Assembly (NCBI GenBank): GCA_046563655.1
Contig: JAJCTO010000014.1
Coordinates: 248,001-312,000, forward strand
DNA from: Yuukianura sp. NJ FZ-2021
Taxonomy: Eukaryota
Reading direction: 5' to 3'
Length of the DNA: 64,000 nt
A program made the position numbers and the translations under genes. The first letter of the stretch is position 1; each line of letters opens with the position of its first letter. Below, piece after piece: positions 8,073 to 22,411 of this stretch. The notes below the pieces were generated by a model. It saw only the letters and a program-made list of their open reading frames with translations, had not been told where the DNA came from and searched no databases.

Positions 8073-11000
8073 CACGGGGGGTTCTAAAACCCGAAGCAAA
8101 CTTTTGAATCATTTAAAAAAAATTTCCCTCCTCACGAACTGAGGGGTTTTAGCGTTCAAATGTTTAAATTCTGAATGTGGAGAGAGGCGTCTCTGCCATC
8201 GCTGTACTATGAGTCCTTCCTAGACGTGATCAAATTTCCGACAATTCCAAAAACAACACAAGTGTTAGCGGTCAAAGTTTGAAGTTACGGCCCCATGCAA
8301 ACCGGGTAGAAACTTCGCTCACGGGGGTTCTAAAAGCCGATGCAAACTTTTGAATCATTTAAAAAATTTCCCTCCTCACGAACTGAGGGGTTTTAGCGTT
8401 CAAAAGTTTAAATTCTGAATGTGGAGAGAGGCGACTCTGCCATCGCTGTACTATGAGTCCTTCCTAGACGTGATCAAATTTCCGACAATTCCAAAAACAA
8501 CACAAGTGTTAGCGGTCAAAGTTTGAAGTTACGGCCCCATGCAAACCGGGTAGAAACTTCGGTCACGGGGGGTTCTATAAGCCGATGCAAACTTTTGAAT
8601 CATTTAAAAAAATTTCCCTCCTCACGAACTGAGGGGTTTTAGCGTTCAAAAGTTTAAATTCTGAATGTGGAGAGAGGCGACTCTGCCATCGCTGTACTAT
8701 GAGTCCTTCCTAGACGTGATCAAATTTCCGACAATTCCAAAAACAACACAAGTGTTAGCGGTCAAAGTTTGAAGTTACGTCCCCATGCAAACCGGGTAGA
8801 AACTTCGCTCACGGGGGGTTCTAAAAGCCGATGCAAACTTTTGAATCATTTAAAAAAAATTTCCCTCCTCACGAACTGAGGGGTTTTAGCGTTCAAAAGT
8901 TTAAATTCTGAATGTGGAGAGAGGCGACTCTGCCATCGCTGTACTATGAGTCCTTCCTAGACGTGATCAAATTTCCGACAATTCCAAAAACAACACAAGT
9001 GTTAGCGGTCAAAGTTTGAAGTTACGGCCCCATGCAAACCGGGTAGAAACTTCGGTCACGGGGGGTTCTATAAGCCGATGCAAACTTTTGAATCATTTAA
9101 AAAAAATTTCCCTCCTCACGAACTGAGGGGTTTTAGCGTTCAAAAGTTTAAATTCTGAATGTGGAGAGAGGCGACTCTGCCATCGCTGTACTATGAGTCC
9201 TTCCTAGACGTGATCAAATTTCCGACAATTCCAAAAACAACACAAGTGTTAGCGGTCAAAGTTTGAAGTTACGGCCCCATGCAAACCGGGTAGAAACTTC
9301 GCTCACGGGGGGTTCTAAAACCCGAAGCAAACTTTTGAATCATTTAAAAAAAATTTCCCTCCTCACGAACTGAGGGGTTTTAGCGTTCAAAAGTTTAAAT
9401 TCTGAATGTGGAGAGAGGCGACTCTGCCATCGCTGTACTATGAGTCCTTCCTAGACGTGATCAAATTTCCGACAATTCCAAAAACAACACAAGTGTTAGC
9501 GGTCAAAGTTTGAAGTTACGGCCCCATGAAAACCGGGTAGAAACTTCGCTCAAGGGGGGTTCTAAAAGCCGATGCAAACTTTTGAATCATTTAAAAAAAA
9601 TTTCCGTCCTCACGAACTGAAGGGTTTGAGCGTTCAAAAGTTTAAATTCTGAATGTGGAGAGAGGCGACTCTGCCATCGCTGTACTATGAGTCCTTCCTA
9701 GACGTGATCAAATTTCCGACAATTCCAAAAACAACACAAGTGTTAGCGGTCAAAGTTTGAAGTTACGTCCCCATGCAAACCGGGTAGAAACTTCGCTCAC
9801 GGGGGGTTCTAAAAGCCGATGCAAACTTTTGAATCATTTAAAAAAAATTTCCCTCCTCACGAACTGAGGGGTTTTAGCGTTCAAAAGTTTAAATTCTGAA
9901 TGTGGAGAGAGGCGACTCTGCCATCGCTGTACTATGAGTCCTTCCTAGACGTGATCAAATTTCCGACAATTCCAAAAACAACACAAGTGTTAGCGGTCAA
10001 AGTTTGAAGTTACGGCCCCATGCAAACCGGGTAGAAACTTCGCTCACGTGGGGTTCTAAAAGCCGATGCAAACTTTTGAATCATTTAAAAAAAATTCCCT
10101 CCTCACGAACTGAGGGGTTTTAGCGTTCAAGAGTTTAAATTCTGAATGTGGAGAGAGGCGACTCTGCCATCGCTGTACTATGAGTCCTTCCTAGACGTGA
10201 TCAAATTTCCGACAATTCCAAAAACAACACAAGTGTTTGCGGTCAAAGTTTGAAGTTACGGCCCCATGCAAACCGGGTAGAAACTTCGCTCACGTGGGGT
10301 TCTAAAAGCCGATGCAAACTTTTGAATCATTTAAAAAAAATTCCCTCCTCACGAACTGAAGGGTTTTAGCGTTCAAAAGTTTAAATTCTGAATGTGGAGA
10401 GAGGCGACTCTGCCATCGCTGTACTATGAGTCCTTCCTAGACGTGATCAAATTTCCGACAATTCCAAAAACAACACAAGTGTTAGCGGTCAAAGTTTGAA
10501 GTTACGGCCCCATGCAAACCGGGTAGAAACTTCGCTCACGGGGGGTTCTAAAACCCGATGCAAACTTTTGAATCATTTAAAAAAAATTCCCTCCTCACGA
10601 ACTGAAGGGTTTTAGCGTTCAAAAGTTTAAATTCTGAATGTGGAGAGAGGCGACTCTGCCATCGCTGTACTATGAGTCCTTCCTAGACGTGATCAAATTT
10701 CCGACAATTCCAAAAACAACACAAGTGTTAGCGGTCAAAGTTTGAAGTTACGGCCCCATGCAAACCGGGTAGAAACTTCGCTCACGGGGGTTCTAAAACC
10801 CGATGCAAACTTTTGAATCATTTAAAAAAATTTCCCTCCTCACGAACTGAGGGGTTTTAGCGTTCAAAAGTTTAAATTCTGAATGTGGAGAGAGGCGACT
10901 CTGCCATCGCTGTACTATGAGTCCTTCCTAGACGTGATCAAATTTCCGACAATTCCAAAAACAACACAAGTGTTAGCGGTCAAAGTTTGAAGTTACGGCC

Positions 11001-14000
11001 CCATGCAAACCGGGTAGAAACTTCGCTCATGGGGGGTTCTAAAAGCCGATGCAAACTTTTGAATCATTTAAAAAAATGTCCCTCCTCACGAACTGAGGGG
11101 TTTTAGCGTTCAAAAGTTTAAATTCTGAATGTGGAGAGAGGCGTCTCTGCCATCGCTGTACTATGAGTCCTTCCTAGACGTGATCAAATTTCCGACAATT
11201 CCAAAAACAACACAAGTGTTAGCGGTCAAAGTTTGAAGTTACGGCCCCATGCAAACCGGGTAGAAACTTCGCTCAAGGGGGGTTCTAAAAGGCGATGCAA
11301 ACTTTTGAATCATTTAAAAAAATGTCCCTCCTCACGAACTGAGGGGTTTTAGCGTTCAAAAGTTTAAATTCTGAATGTGGAGAGAGGCGTCTCTGCCATC
11401 GCTGTACTATGAGTCCTTCCTAGACGTGATCAAATTTCCGACAATTCCAAAAACAACACAAGTGTTAGCGGTCAAAGTTTGAAGTTACGGCCCCATGCAA
11501 ACCGGGTAGAAACTTCGCTCATGGGGGGTTCTAAAAGCCGATGCAAACTTTTGAATCATTTAAAAAAATGTCCCTCCTCACGAACTGAGGGGTTTTAGCG
11601 TTCAAAAGTTTAAATTCTGAATGTGGAGAGAGGCGTCTCTGCCATCGCTGTACTATGAGTCCTTCCTAGACGTGATCAAATTTCCGACAATTCCAAAAAC
11701 AACACAAGTGTTAGCGGTCAAAGTTTGAAGTTACGGCCCCATGCAAACCGGGTAGAAACTTCGCTCACGGGGGGTTCTAAAAGCCGATGCAAACTTTTGA
11801 ATCATTTAAAAAAATTTCCCTCCTCACGAACTGAGGGGTTTTAGCGTTCAAAAGTTTAAATTCTGAATGTGGAGAGAGGCGACTCTGCCATCGCTGTACT
11901 ATGAGTCCTTCCTAGACGTGATCAAATTTCCGACAATTCCAAAAACAACACAAGTGTTAGCGGTCAAAGTTTGAAGTTACGGCCCCATGCAAACCGGGTA
12001 GAAACTTCGGTCACGGGGGGTTCTAAAACCCGAAGCAAACTTTTGAATCATTTAAAAAAAATTTCCCTCCTCACGAACTGAGGGGTTTTAGCGTTCAAAT
12101 GTTTAAATTCTGAATGTGGAGAGAGGCGTCTCTGCCATCGCTGTACTATGAGTCCTTCCTAGACGTGATCAAATTTCCGACAATTCCAAAAACAACACAA
12201 GTGTTAGCGGTCAAAGTTTGAAGTTACGGCCCCATGCAAACCGGGTAGAAACTTCGCTCACGGGGGGTTCTAAAAGCCGATGCAAACTTTTGAATCATTT
12301 AAAAAAAAATTTCCCTCCTCACGAACTGAGGGGTTTTAGCGTTCAAAAGTTTAAATTCTGAATGTGGAGAGAGGCGACTCTGCCATCGCTGTACTATGAG
12401 TCCTTCCTAGACGTGATCAAATTTCCGACAATTCCAAAAACAACACAAGTGTTAGCGGTCAAAGTTTGAAGTTACGGCCCCATGCAAACCGGGTAGAAAC
12501 TTCGGTCACGGGGGGTTCTAAAACCCGAAGCAAACTTTTGAATCATTTAAAAAAAATTTCCCTCCTCACGAACTGAGGGGTTTTAGCGTTCAAAAGTTTA
12601 AATTCTGAATGTGGAGAGAGGCGACTCTGCCATCGCTGTACTATGAGTCCTTCCTAGACGTGATCAAATTTCCGACAATTCCAAAAACAACACAAGTGTT
12701 AGCGGTCAAAGTTTGAAGTTACGGCCCCATGAAAACCGGGTAGAAACTTCGCTCAAGGGGGGTTCTAAAAGCCGATGCAAACTTTTGAATCATTTAAAAA
12801 AAATTTCCGTCCTCACGAACTGAAGGGTTTGAGCGTTCAAAAGTTTAAATTCTGAATGTGGAGAGAGGCGACTCTGCCATCGCTGTACTATGAGTCCTTC
12901 CTAGACGTGATCAAATTTCCGACAATTCCAAAAACAACACAAGTGTTAGCGGTCAAAGTTTGAAGTTACGTCCCCATGCAAACCGGGTAGAAACTTCGCT
13001 CACGGGGGGTTCTAAAAGCCGATGCAAACTTTTGAATCATTTAAAAAATTTCCCTCCTCACGAACTGAGGGGTTTTAGCGTTCAAAAGTTTAAATTCTGA
13101 ATGTGGAGAGAGGCGACTCTGCCATCGCTGTACTATGAGTCCTTCCTAGACGTGATCAAATTTCCGACAATTCCAAAAACAACACAAGTGTTAGCGGTCA
13201 AAGTTTGAAGTTACGGCCCCATGCAAACCGGGTAGAAACTTCGCTCACGTGGGGTTCTAAAAGCCGATGCAAACTTTTGAATCATTTAAAAAAAAATTCC
13301 CTCCTCACGAACTGAGGGGTTTTAGCGTTCAAGAGTTTAAATTCTGAATGTGGAGAGAGGCGACTCTGCCATCGCTGTACTATGAGTCCTTCCTAGACGT
13401 GATCAAATTTCCGACAATTCCAAAAACAACACAAGTGTTTGCGATCAAAGTTTGAAGTTACGGCCCCATGCAAACCGGGTAGAAACTTCGCTCACGTGGG
13501 GTTCTAAAAGCCGATGCAAACTTTTGAATCATTTAAAAAAAAATTCCCTCCTCACGAACTGAAGGGTTTTAGCGTTCAAAAGTTTAAATTCTGAATGTGG
13601 AGAGAGGCGACTCTGCCATCGCTGTACTATGAGTCCTTCCTAGACGTGATCAAATTTCCGACAATTCCAAAAACAACACAAGTGTTAGCGGTCAAAGTTT
13701 GAAGTTATGGCCTCAGGCAAACCGGGTAGAAACTTCGTTCAAGGGGGGTTCTAAAAGCCGATGCAAACTTTTGAATCATTTAAAAAAAAATTCCCTCCTC
13801 ACGAACTGAAGGGTTTTAGCGTTCAAAAGTTTAAATTCTGAATGTGGAGAGAGGCGACTCTGCCATCGCTGTACTATGAGTCCTTCCTAGACGTGATCAA
13901 ATTTCCGACAATTCCAAAAACAACACAAGTGTTAGCGGTCAAAGTTTGAAGTTACGGCCCCATGCAAACCGGGTAGAAACTTCGCTCACGGGGGTTCTAA

Positions 14001-17000
14001 AACCCGATGCAAACTTTTGAATCATTTAAAAAAATTTCCCTCCTCACGAACTGAGGGGTTTTAGCGTTCAAAAGTTTAAATTCTGAATGTGGAGAGAGGC
14101 GACTCTGCCATCGCTGTACTATGAGTCCTTCCTAGACGTGATCAAATTTCCGACAATTCCAAAAACAACACAAGTGTTAGCGGTCAAAGTTTGAAGTTAT
14201 GGCCCCATGCAAACCGGGTAGAAACTTCGCTCACGTGGGGTTCTAAATACGATGCAAACTTTTGAATCATTTAAAAAAAAAATCCCTCCTCACGAACTGA
14301 GGGGTTTTAGCGTTCAAAAGTTTAAATTCTGAATGTGGAGAGAGGCGACTCTGCCATCGCTGTACTATGAGTCCTTCCTAGACGTGATCAAATTTCCGAC
14401 AATTCCAAAAACAACACAAGTGTTAGCGGTCAAAGTTTGAAGTTACGGCCCCATGCAAACCGGGTAGAAACTTCGCTCACGGGGGGTTCTAAAACCCGAT
14501 GCAAACTTTTGAATCATTTAAAAAAATTCCCTTCTCACGAACTGAGGGGTTTTAGCGTTCAAATGTTTAAATTCTGAATGTGGAGAGAGGCGACTCTGCC
14601 ATCGCTGTACTATGAGTCCTTCCTAGACGTGATCAAATTTCCGACAATTCCAAAAACAACACAAGAGTTAGCGGTCAAAGTTTGAAGTTACGGCCCCATG
14701 CAAACCGGGTAGAAACTTCGCTCAAGGGGGGTTCTAAAAGGCGATGCAAACTTTTGAATCATTTAAAAAAATGTCCCTCCTCACGAACTGAGGGGTTTTA
14801 GCGTTCAAAAGTTTAAATTCTGAATGTGGAGAGAGGCGACTCTGCCATCGCTGTACTATGAGTCCTTCCTAGACGTGATCAAATTTCCGACAATTCCAAA
14901 AACAACACAAGAGTTAGCGGTCAAAGTTTGAAGTTACGGCCCCATGCAAACCGGGTAGAAACTTCGCTCAAGGGGGGTTCTAAAAGGCGATGCAAACTTT
15001 TGAATCATTTAAAAAAAATGTCCCTCCTCACGAACTGAGGATTTTTAGCGTTCAAAAGTATAAATTCTGAATGTGGAGAGAGGCGACTCTGCCATCACTG
15101 TACTATGAGTCCTTCCTAGACGTGATCAAATTTCCGACAATTCCAAGAACAGCACAAGTGTTAGCGGTCAAAGTTTGAAGTTACGGCCCCATGCAAACCG
15201 GGTAGAAACTTCGGTCACGGGGGGTTCTATAAGCCGATGCAACAAACTTTTGAATCATTTAAAAAAAATTTCCCTCACGAACTGAGGGGTTTTAGCGTTC
15301 AAAAGTTTAAATTCTGTATGTGGAGAGAGGCGACTCTGCCATCGCTGTACTATGAGTCCTTCCTAGACGTGATCAAATTTCCGACAATTCCAAGAACAAC
15401 ACAAGTGTTAGCGGTCAAAGTTTGAAGTTACGGCCCCATGCAAACCGGGTAGAAACTTCGGTCACGGGGGGTTCTATAAGCCGATGCAACAAACTTTTGA
15501 ATCATTTAAAAAAAATTTCCCTCACGAACTGAGGGGTTTTAGCGTTCAAAAGTTTAAATTCTGAATGTGGAGAGAGGCGACTCTGCCATCGCTGTACTAT
15601 GAGTCCTTCCTAGACGTGATCAAATTTCCGACAATTCCAAAAACAACACAAGTGTTAGCGGTCAAAGTTTGAAGTTACGGCCCCATGCAAACCGGGTAGA
15701 AACTTCGGTCACGGGGGGTTCTATAAGCCGATGCAAACTTTTGAATCATTTAAAAAAAATTTCCCTCCTCACGAACTGAGGGGTTTTAGCGTTCAAAAGT
15801 TCAAATTCTGAATGTGGAGAGAGGCGACTCTGCCATCGCTGTACTATGAGTCCTTCCTAGACGTGATCAAATTTCCGACAATTCCAAAAACAACACAAGT
15901 GTTAGCGGTCAAAGTTTGAAGTTACGGCCCCATGCAAACCGGGTAGAAACTTCGGTCACGGGGGGTTCTATAAGCCGATGCAAACTTTTGAATCATTTAA
16001 AAAATTTCCCTCACGAACTGAGGGGTTTTAGCGTTCAAAAGTTTAAATTCTGAATGTGGAGAGAGGCGTCTCTGCCATCGCTGTACTATGAGTCCTTCCT
16101 AGACGTGATCAAATTTCCGACAATTCCAAAAACAACACAAGTGTTAGCGGTCAAAGTTTGAAGTTACGGCCCCATGCAAACCGGGTAGAAACTTCGCTCA
16201 CGGGGGGTTCTAAAACCCGATGCAAACTTTTGAATCATTTAAAAAAAATTTCCCTCCTCACGAACTGAGGGGTTTTAGCGTTCAAAAGTTTAAATTCTGA
16301 ATGTGGAGAGAGGCGACTCTGCCATCGCTGTACTATGAGTCCTTCCTAGACGTGATCAAATTTCCGACAATTCCAAAAACAACACAAGTGTTAGCGGTCA
16401 AAGTTTGAAGTTATGGCCTCATGCAAACCGGGTAGAAACTTCGTACAAGGGGGTTCTAAAAGCCGATGCAAACTTTTGAATCATTTAAAAAAAATTTCCC
16501 TCCTCACGAACTGAAGGGTTTTAGCGTTCAAAAGTTTAAATTCTGAATGTGGAGAGAGGCGTCTCTGCCATCGCTGTACTATGAGTCCTTCCTAGACGTG
16601 ATCAAATTTCCGACAATTCCAAAAACAACACAAGTGTTAGCGGTCAAAGTTTGAAGTTACGGCCCCATGCAAACCGGCTAGAAACTTCGCTCACGGGGGG
16701 TTCTAAAAGCCGATGCAAACTTTTGAATCATTTAAAAAAAAATTTCCCTCCTCACGAACTGAGGGGTTTTAGCGTTCAAAAGTTTAAATTCTGAATGTGG
16801 AGAGAGGCGACTCTGCCATCGCTGTACTATGAGTCCTTCCTTTACGTGATCAAATTTCCGACAATTCCAAGAACAACACAAGTGTTAGCGGTCAAAGTTT
16901 GAAGTTACGGCCCCATGCAAACCGGGTAGAAACTTCGCTCACGGGGGGTTCTAAAAGCCGATGCAAACTTTTGAATCATTTAAAAAAAATTTCCCTCCTC

Positions 17001-20000
17001 ACGAACTGAGGGGTTTTAGCGTTCAAAAGTTTAAATTCTGAATGTGGAGAGAGGCGACTCTGCCATCGCTGTACTATGAGTCCTTCCTAGACGTGATCAA
17101 ATTTCCGACAATTCCAAAAACAACACAAGTGTTAGCGGTCAAAGTTTGAAGTTACGGCCCCATGCAAACCGGGTAGAAACTTCGGTCACGGGGGGTTCTA
17201 TAAGCCGATGCAAACTTTTGAATCATTTAAAAAAAATTTCCCTCACGAACTGAGGGGTTTTAGCGTTCAAAAGTTTAAATTCTGAATGTGGAGAGAGGCG
17301 TCTCTGCCATCGCTGTACTATGAGTCCTTCCTAGACGTGATCAAATTTCCGACAATTCCAAAAACAACACAAGTGTTAGCGGTCAAAGTTTGAAGTTACG
17401 GCCCCATGCAAACCAGGTAGAAACTTCGCTCACGGGGGTTCTAAAAGCCGATGCAAACTTTTGAATCATTTAAAAAAATTTCCCTCCTCACGAACTGAGG
17501 GGTTTTAGCGTTCAAAAGTTTAAATTCTGAATGTGGAGAGAGGCGACTCTGCCATCGCTGTACTATGAGTCCTTCCTAGACGTGATCAAATTTCCGACAA
17601 TTCCAAAAACAACACAAGTGTTAGCGGTCAAAGTTTGAAGTTACGGCCCCATGCAAACCGGGTAGAAACTTCGCTCACGGGGGTTCTAAAACCCGATGCA
17701 AACTTTTGAATCATTTAAAAAAATTTCCCTCCTCACGAACTGAGGGGTTTTAGCGTTCAAAAGTTTAAATTCTGAATGTGGAGAGAGGCGACTCTGCCAT
17801 CGCTGTACTATGAGTCCTTCCTAGACGTGATCAAATTTCCGACAATTCCAAAAACAACACAAGTGTTAGCGGTCAAAGTTTGAAGTTATGGCCTCATGCA
17901 AACCGGGTAGAAACTTCGTACAAGGGGGTTCTAAAAGCCGATGCAAACTTTTGAATCATTTAAAAAAAATTTCCCTCCTCACGAACTGAAGCGTTTTAGC
18001 GTTCAAAAGTTTAAATTCTGAATGTGGAGAGAGGCGACTCTGCCATCGCTGTACTATGAGTCCTTCCTAGACGTGATCAAATTTCCGACAATTCCAAAAA
18101 CAACACATGTGTTAGCGGTCAAAGTTTGAAGTTACGGCCCCATGCAAACCGGGTAGAAACTTCGGTCACGGGGGGTTCTATAAGCCGATGCAAACTTTTG
18201 AATCATTTAAAAAAATTTCCCTCACGAACTGAGGGGTTTTAGCGTTCAAAAGTTTAAATTCTGAATGTGGAGAGAGGCGTCTCTGCCATCGCTGTACTAT
18301 GAGTCCTTCCTAGACGTGATCAAATTTCCGACAATTCCAAAAACAACACAAGTGTTAGCGGTCAAAGTTTGAAGTTACGGCCCCATGCAAACCAGGTAGA
18401 AACTTCGCTCACGGGGGTTCTAAAAGCCGATGCAAACTTTTGAATCATTTAAAAAAATTTCCCTCCTCACGAACTGAGGGGTTTTAGCGTTCAAAAGTTT
18501 AAATTCTGAATGTGGAGAGAGGCGACTCTGCCATCGCTGTACTATGAGTCCTTCCTAGACGTGATCAAATTTCCGACAATTCCAAAAACAACACAAGTGT
18601 TAGCGGTCAAAGTTTGAAGTTATGGCCTCATGCAAACCGGGTAGAAACTTCGTACAAGGGGGTTCTAAAAGCCGATGCAAACTTTTGAATCATTTAAAAA
18701 AAATTTCCCTCCTCACGAACTGAAGGGTTTTAGCGTTCAAAAGTTTAAATTCTGAATGTGGAGAGAGGCGTCTCTGCCATCGCTGTACTATGAGTCCTTC
18801 CTAGACGTGATCAAATTTCCGACAATTCCAAAAACAACACAAGTGTTAGCGGTCAAAGTTTGAAGTTACGGCCCCATGCAAACCGGCTAGAAACTTCGCT
18901 CACGGGGGTTCTAAAAGCCGATGCAAACTTTTGAATCATTTAAAAAAAAATTTCCCTCCTCACGAACTGAGGGGTTTTAGCGTTCAAAAGTTTAAATTCT
19001 GAATGTGGAGAGAGGCGACTCTGCCATCGCTGTACTATGAGTCCTTCCTTTACGTGATCAAATTTCCGACAATTCCAAGAACAACACAAGTGTTAGCGGT
19101 CAAAGTTTGAAGTTACGGCCCCATGCAAACCGGGTAGAAACTTCGCTCACGGGGGGTTCTAAAAGCCGATGCAAACTTTTGAATCATTTAAAAAATTTCC
19201 CTCCTCACGAACTGAGGGGTTTTAGCGTTCAAAAGTTTAAATTCTGAATGTGGAGAGAGGCGACTCTGCCATCGCTGTACTATGAGTCCTTCCTAGACGT
19301 GATCAAATTTCCGACAATTCCAAAAACAACACATGTGTTAGCGGTCAAAGTTTGAAGTTACGGCCCCATGCAAACCGGGTAGAAACTTCGGTCACGGGGG
19401 GTTCTATAAGCCGATGCAAACTTTTGAATCATTTAAAAAAATTTCCCTCACGAACTGAGGGGTTTTAGCGTTCAAAAGTTTAAATTCTGAATGTGGAGAG
19501 AGGCGTCTCTGCCATCGCTGTACTATGAGTCCTTCCTAGACGTGATCAAATTTCCGACAATTCCAAAAACAACACAAGTGTTAGCGGTCAAAGTTTGAAG
19601 TTACGGCCCCATGCAAACCAGGTAGAAACTTCGCTCACGGGGGTTCTAAAAGCCGATGCAAACTTTTGAATCATTTAAAAAAATTTCCCTCCTCACGAAC
19701 TGAGGGGTTTTAGCGTTCAAAAGTTTAAATTCTGAATGTGGAGAGAGGCGACTCTGCCATCGCTGTACTATGAGTCCTTCCTAGACGTGATCAAATTTCC
19801 GACAATTCCAAAAACAACACAAGTGTTAGCGGTCAAAGTTTGAAGTTACGGCCCCATGCAAACCGGGTAGAAACTTCGCTCACGGGGGGTTCTAAAACCC
19901 GATGCAAACTTTTGAATCATTTAAAAAAATTTCCCTCCTCACGAACTGAGGGGTTTTAGCGTTCAAAAGTTTAAATTCTGAATGTGGAGAGAGGCGACTC

Positions 20001-22411
20001 TGCCATCGCTGTACTATGAGTCCTTCCTAGACGTGATCAAATTTCCGACAATTCCAAAAACAACACAAGTGTTAGCGGTCAAAGTTTGAAGTTATGGCCT
20101 CATGCAAACCGGGTAGAAACTTCGTACAAGGGGGGTTCTAAAAGCCGATGCAAACTTTTGAATCATTTAAAAAAAATTTCCCTCCTCACGAACTGAAGCG
20201 TTTTAGCGTTCAAAAGTTTAAATTCTGAATGTGGAGAGAGGCGACTCTGCCATCGCTGTACTATGAGTCCTTCCTAGACGTGATCAAATTTCCGACAATT
20301 CCAAAAACAACACATGTGTTAGCGGTCAAAGTTTGAAGTTACGGCCCCATGCAAACCGGGTAGAAACTTCGGTCACGGGGGGTTCTATAAGCCGATGCAA
20401 ACTTTTGAATCATTTAAAAAATTTCCCTCACGAACTGAGGGGTTTTAGCGTTCAAAAGTTTAAATTCTGAATGTGGAGAGAGGCGTCTCTGCCATCGCTG
20501 TACTATGAGTCCTTCCTAGACGTGATCAAATTTCCGACAATTCCAAAAACAACACAAGTGTTAGCGGTCAAAGTTTGAAGTTACGGCCCCATGCAAACCA
20601 GGTAGAAACTTCGCTCACGGGGGTTCTAAAAGCCGATGCAAACTTTTGAATCATTTAAAAAAAATTTCCCTCCTCACGAACTGAGGGGTTTTAGCGTTCA
20701 AAAGTTTAAATTCTGAATGTGGAGAGAGGCGACTCTGCCATCGCTGTACTATGAGTCCTTCCTAGACGTGATCAAATTTCCGACAATTCCAAAAACAACA
20801 CAAGTGTTAGCGGTCAAAGTTTGAAGTTACGGCCCCATGCAAACCGGGTAGAAACTTCGCTCACGGGGGTTCTAAAACCCGATGCAAACTTTTGAATCAT
20901 TTAAAAAAATTTCCCTCCTCACGAACTGAGGGGTTTTAGCGTTCAAAAGTTTAAATTCTGAATGTGGAGAGAGGCGACTCTGCCATCGCTGTACTATGAG
21001 TCCTTCCTAGACGTGATCAAATTTCCGACAATTCCAAAAACAACACAAGTGTTAGCGGTCAAAGTTTGAAGTTATGGCCTCATGCAAACCGGGTAGAAAC
21101 TTCGTACAAGGGGGGTTCTAAAAGCCGATGCAAACTTTTGAATCATTTAAAAAAAATTTCCCTCCTCACGAACTGAAGCGTTTTAGCGTTCAAAAGTTTA
21201 AATTCTGAATGTGGAGAGAGGCGTCTCTGCCATCGCTGTACTATGAGTCCTTCCTAGACGTGATCAAATTTCCGACAATTCCAAAAACAACACAAGTGTT
21301 AGCGGTCAAAGTTTGAAGTTACGGCCCCATGCAAACCGGGTAGAAACTTCGCTCACGGGGGTTCTAAAAGCCGATGCAAACTTTTGAATCATTTAAAAAA
21401 ATTCCCTCCTCACGAACTGAGGGGTTTTAGCGTTCAAAAGTTTAAATTCTGAATGTGGAGAGAGGCGACTCTGCCATCGCTGTACTATGAGTCCTTCCTA
21501 GACGTGATCAAATTTCCGACAATTCCAAAAACAACACAAGTGTTAGCGGTCAAAGTTTGAAGTTATGGCCTCATGCAAACCGGGTAGAAACTTCGTTCAA
21601 GGGGGGTTCTAAAAGCCGATGCAAACTTTTGAATCATTTAAAAAAAATTTCCCTCCTCACGAACTGAGGGGTTTTAGCGTTCAAAAGTTTAAATTCTGAA
21701 TGTGGAGAGAGGCGACTCTGCCATCGCTGTACTATGAGTCCTTCCTAGACGTGATCAAATTTCCGACAATTCCAAAAACAACACAAGTGTTAGCGGTCAA
21801 AGTTTGAAGTTACGGCCCCATGCAAACCGGGTAGAAACTTCGGTCACGGGGGGTTCTATAAGCCGATGCAAACTTTTGAATCATTTAAAAAAAAATTCCC
21901 TCACGAACTGAGGGGTTTTAGCGTTCAAAAGTTTAAATTCTGAATGTGGAGAGAGGCGTCTCTGCCATCGCTGTACTATGAGTCCTTCCTAGACGTGATC
22001 AAATTTCCGACAATTCCAAAAACAACACAAGTGTTAGCGGTCAAAGTTTGAAGTTACGGCCCCATGCAAACCAGGTAGAAACTTCGCTCACGGGGGTTCT
22101 AAAAGCCGATGCAAACTTTTGAATCATTTAAAAAAAATTTCCCTCCTCACGAACTGAGGGGTTTTAGCGTTCAAAAGTTTAAATTCTGAATGTGGAGAGA
22201 GGCGACTCTGCCATCGCTGTACTATGAGTCCTTCCTAGACGTGATCAAATTTCCAAGAATTCCAAAAACAACACAAGTGTTAGCGGTCAAAGTTTGAAGT
22301 TACGGCCCCATGCAAACCGGGTAGAAACTTCGCTCAAGGGGGGTTCTAAAACCCGATGCAAACTTTTGAATCATTTAAAAAAAATTTCCCTCCTCACGAA
22401 CTGAGGGGTTT
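8073..22411 (+). repeat. ~245-bp satellite DNA array, block 1 (~58 monomers)
   Basis: Head-to-tail near-identical monomers (GCAAACTTTTGAATCATTTAAAAAAATTTCCCTCCTCACGAACTGAGGGG...). Measured periods 244-247 bp, varying mainly in homopolymers. Confidence 0.99.

Noticed and set aside
7680..8142. ORFs 7680-7997, 7763-7990, 7774-8142
   Set aside because: They overlap the palindrome or run into the satellite and show no recognisable motifs.
15237..15425. 62-aa ORF in the satellite
   Set aside because: Chance result of monomer variants (AAC insertion, TGA loss); not conserved across monomers.
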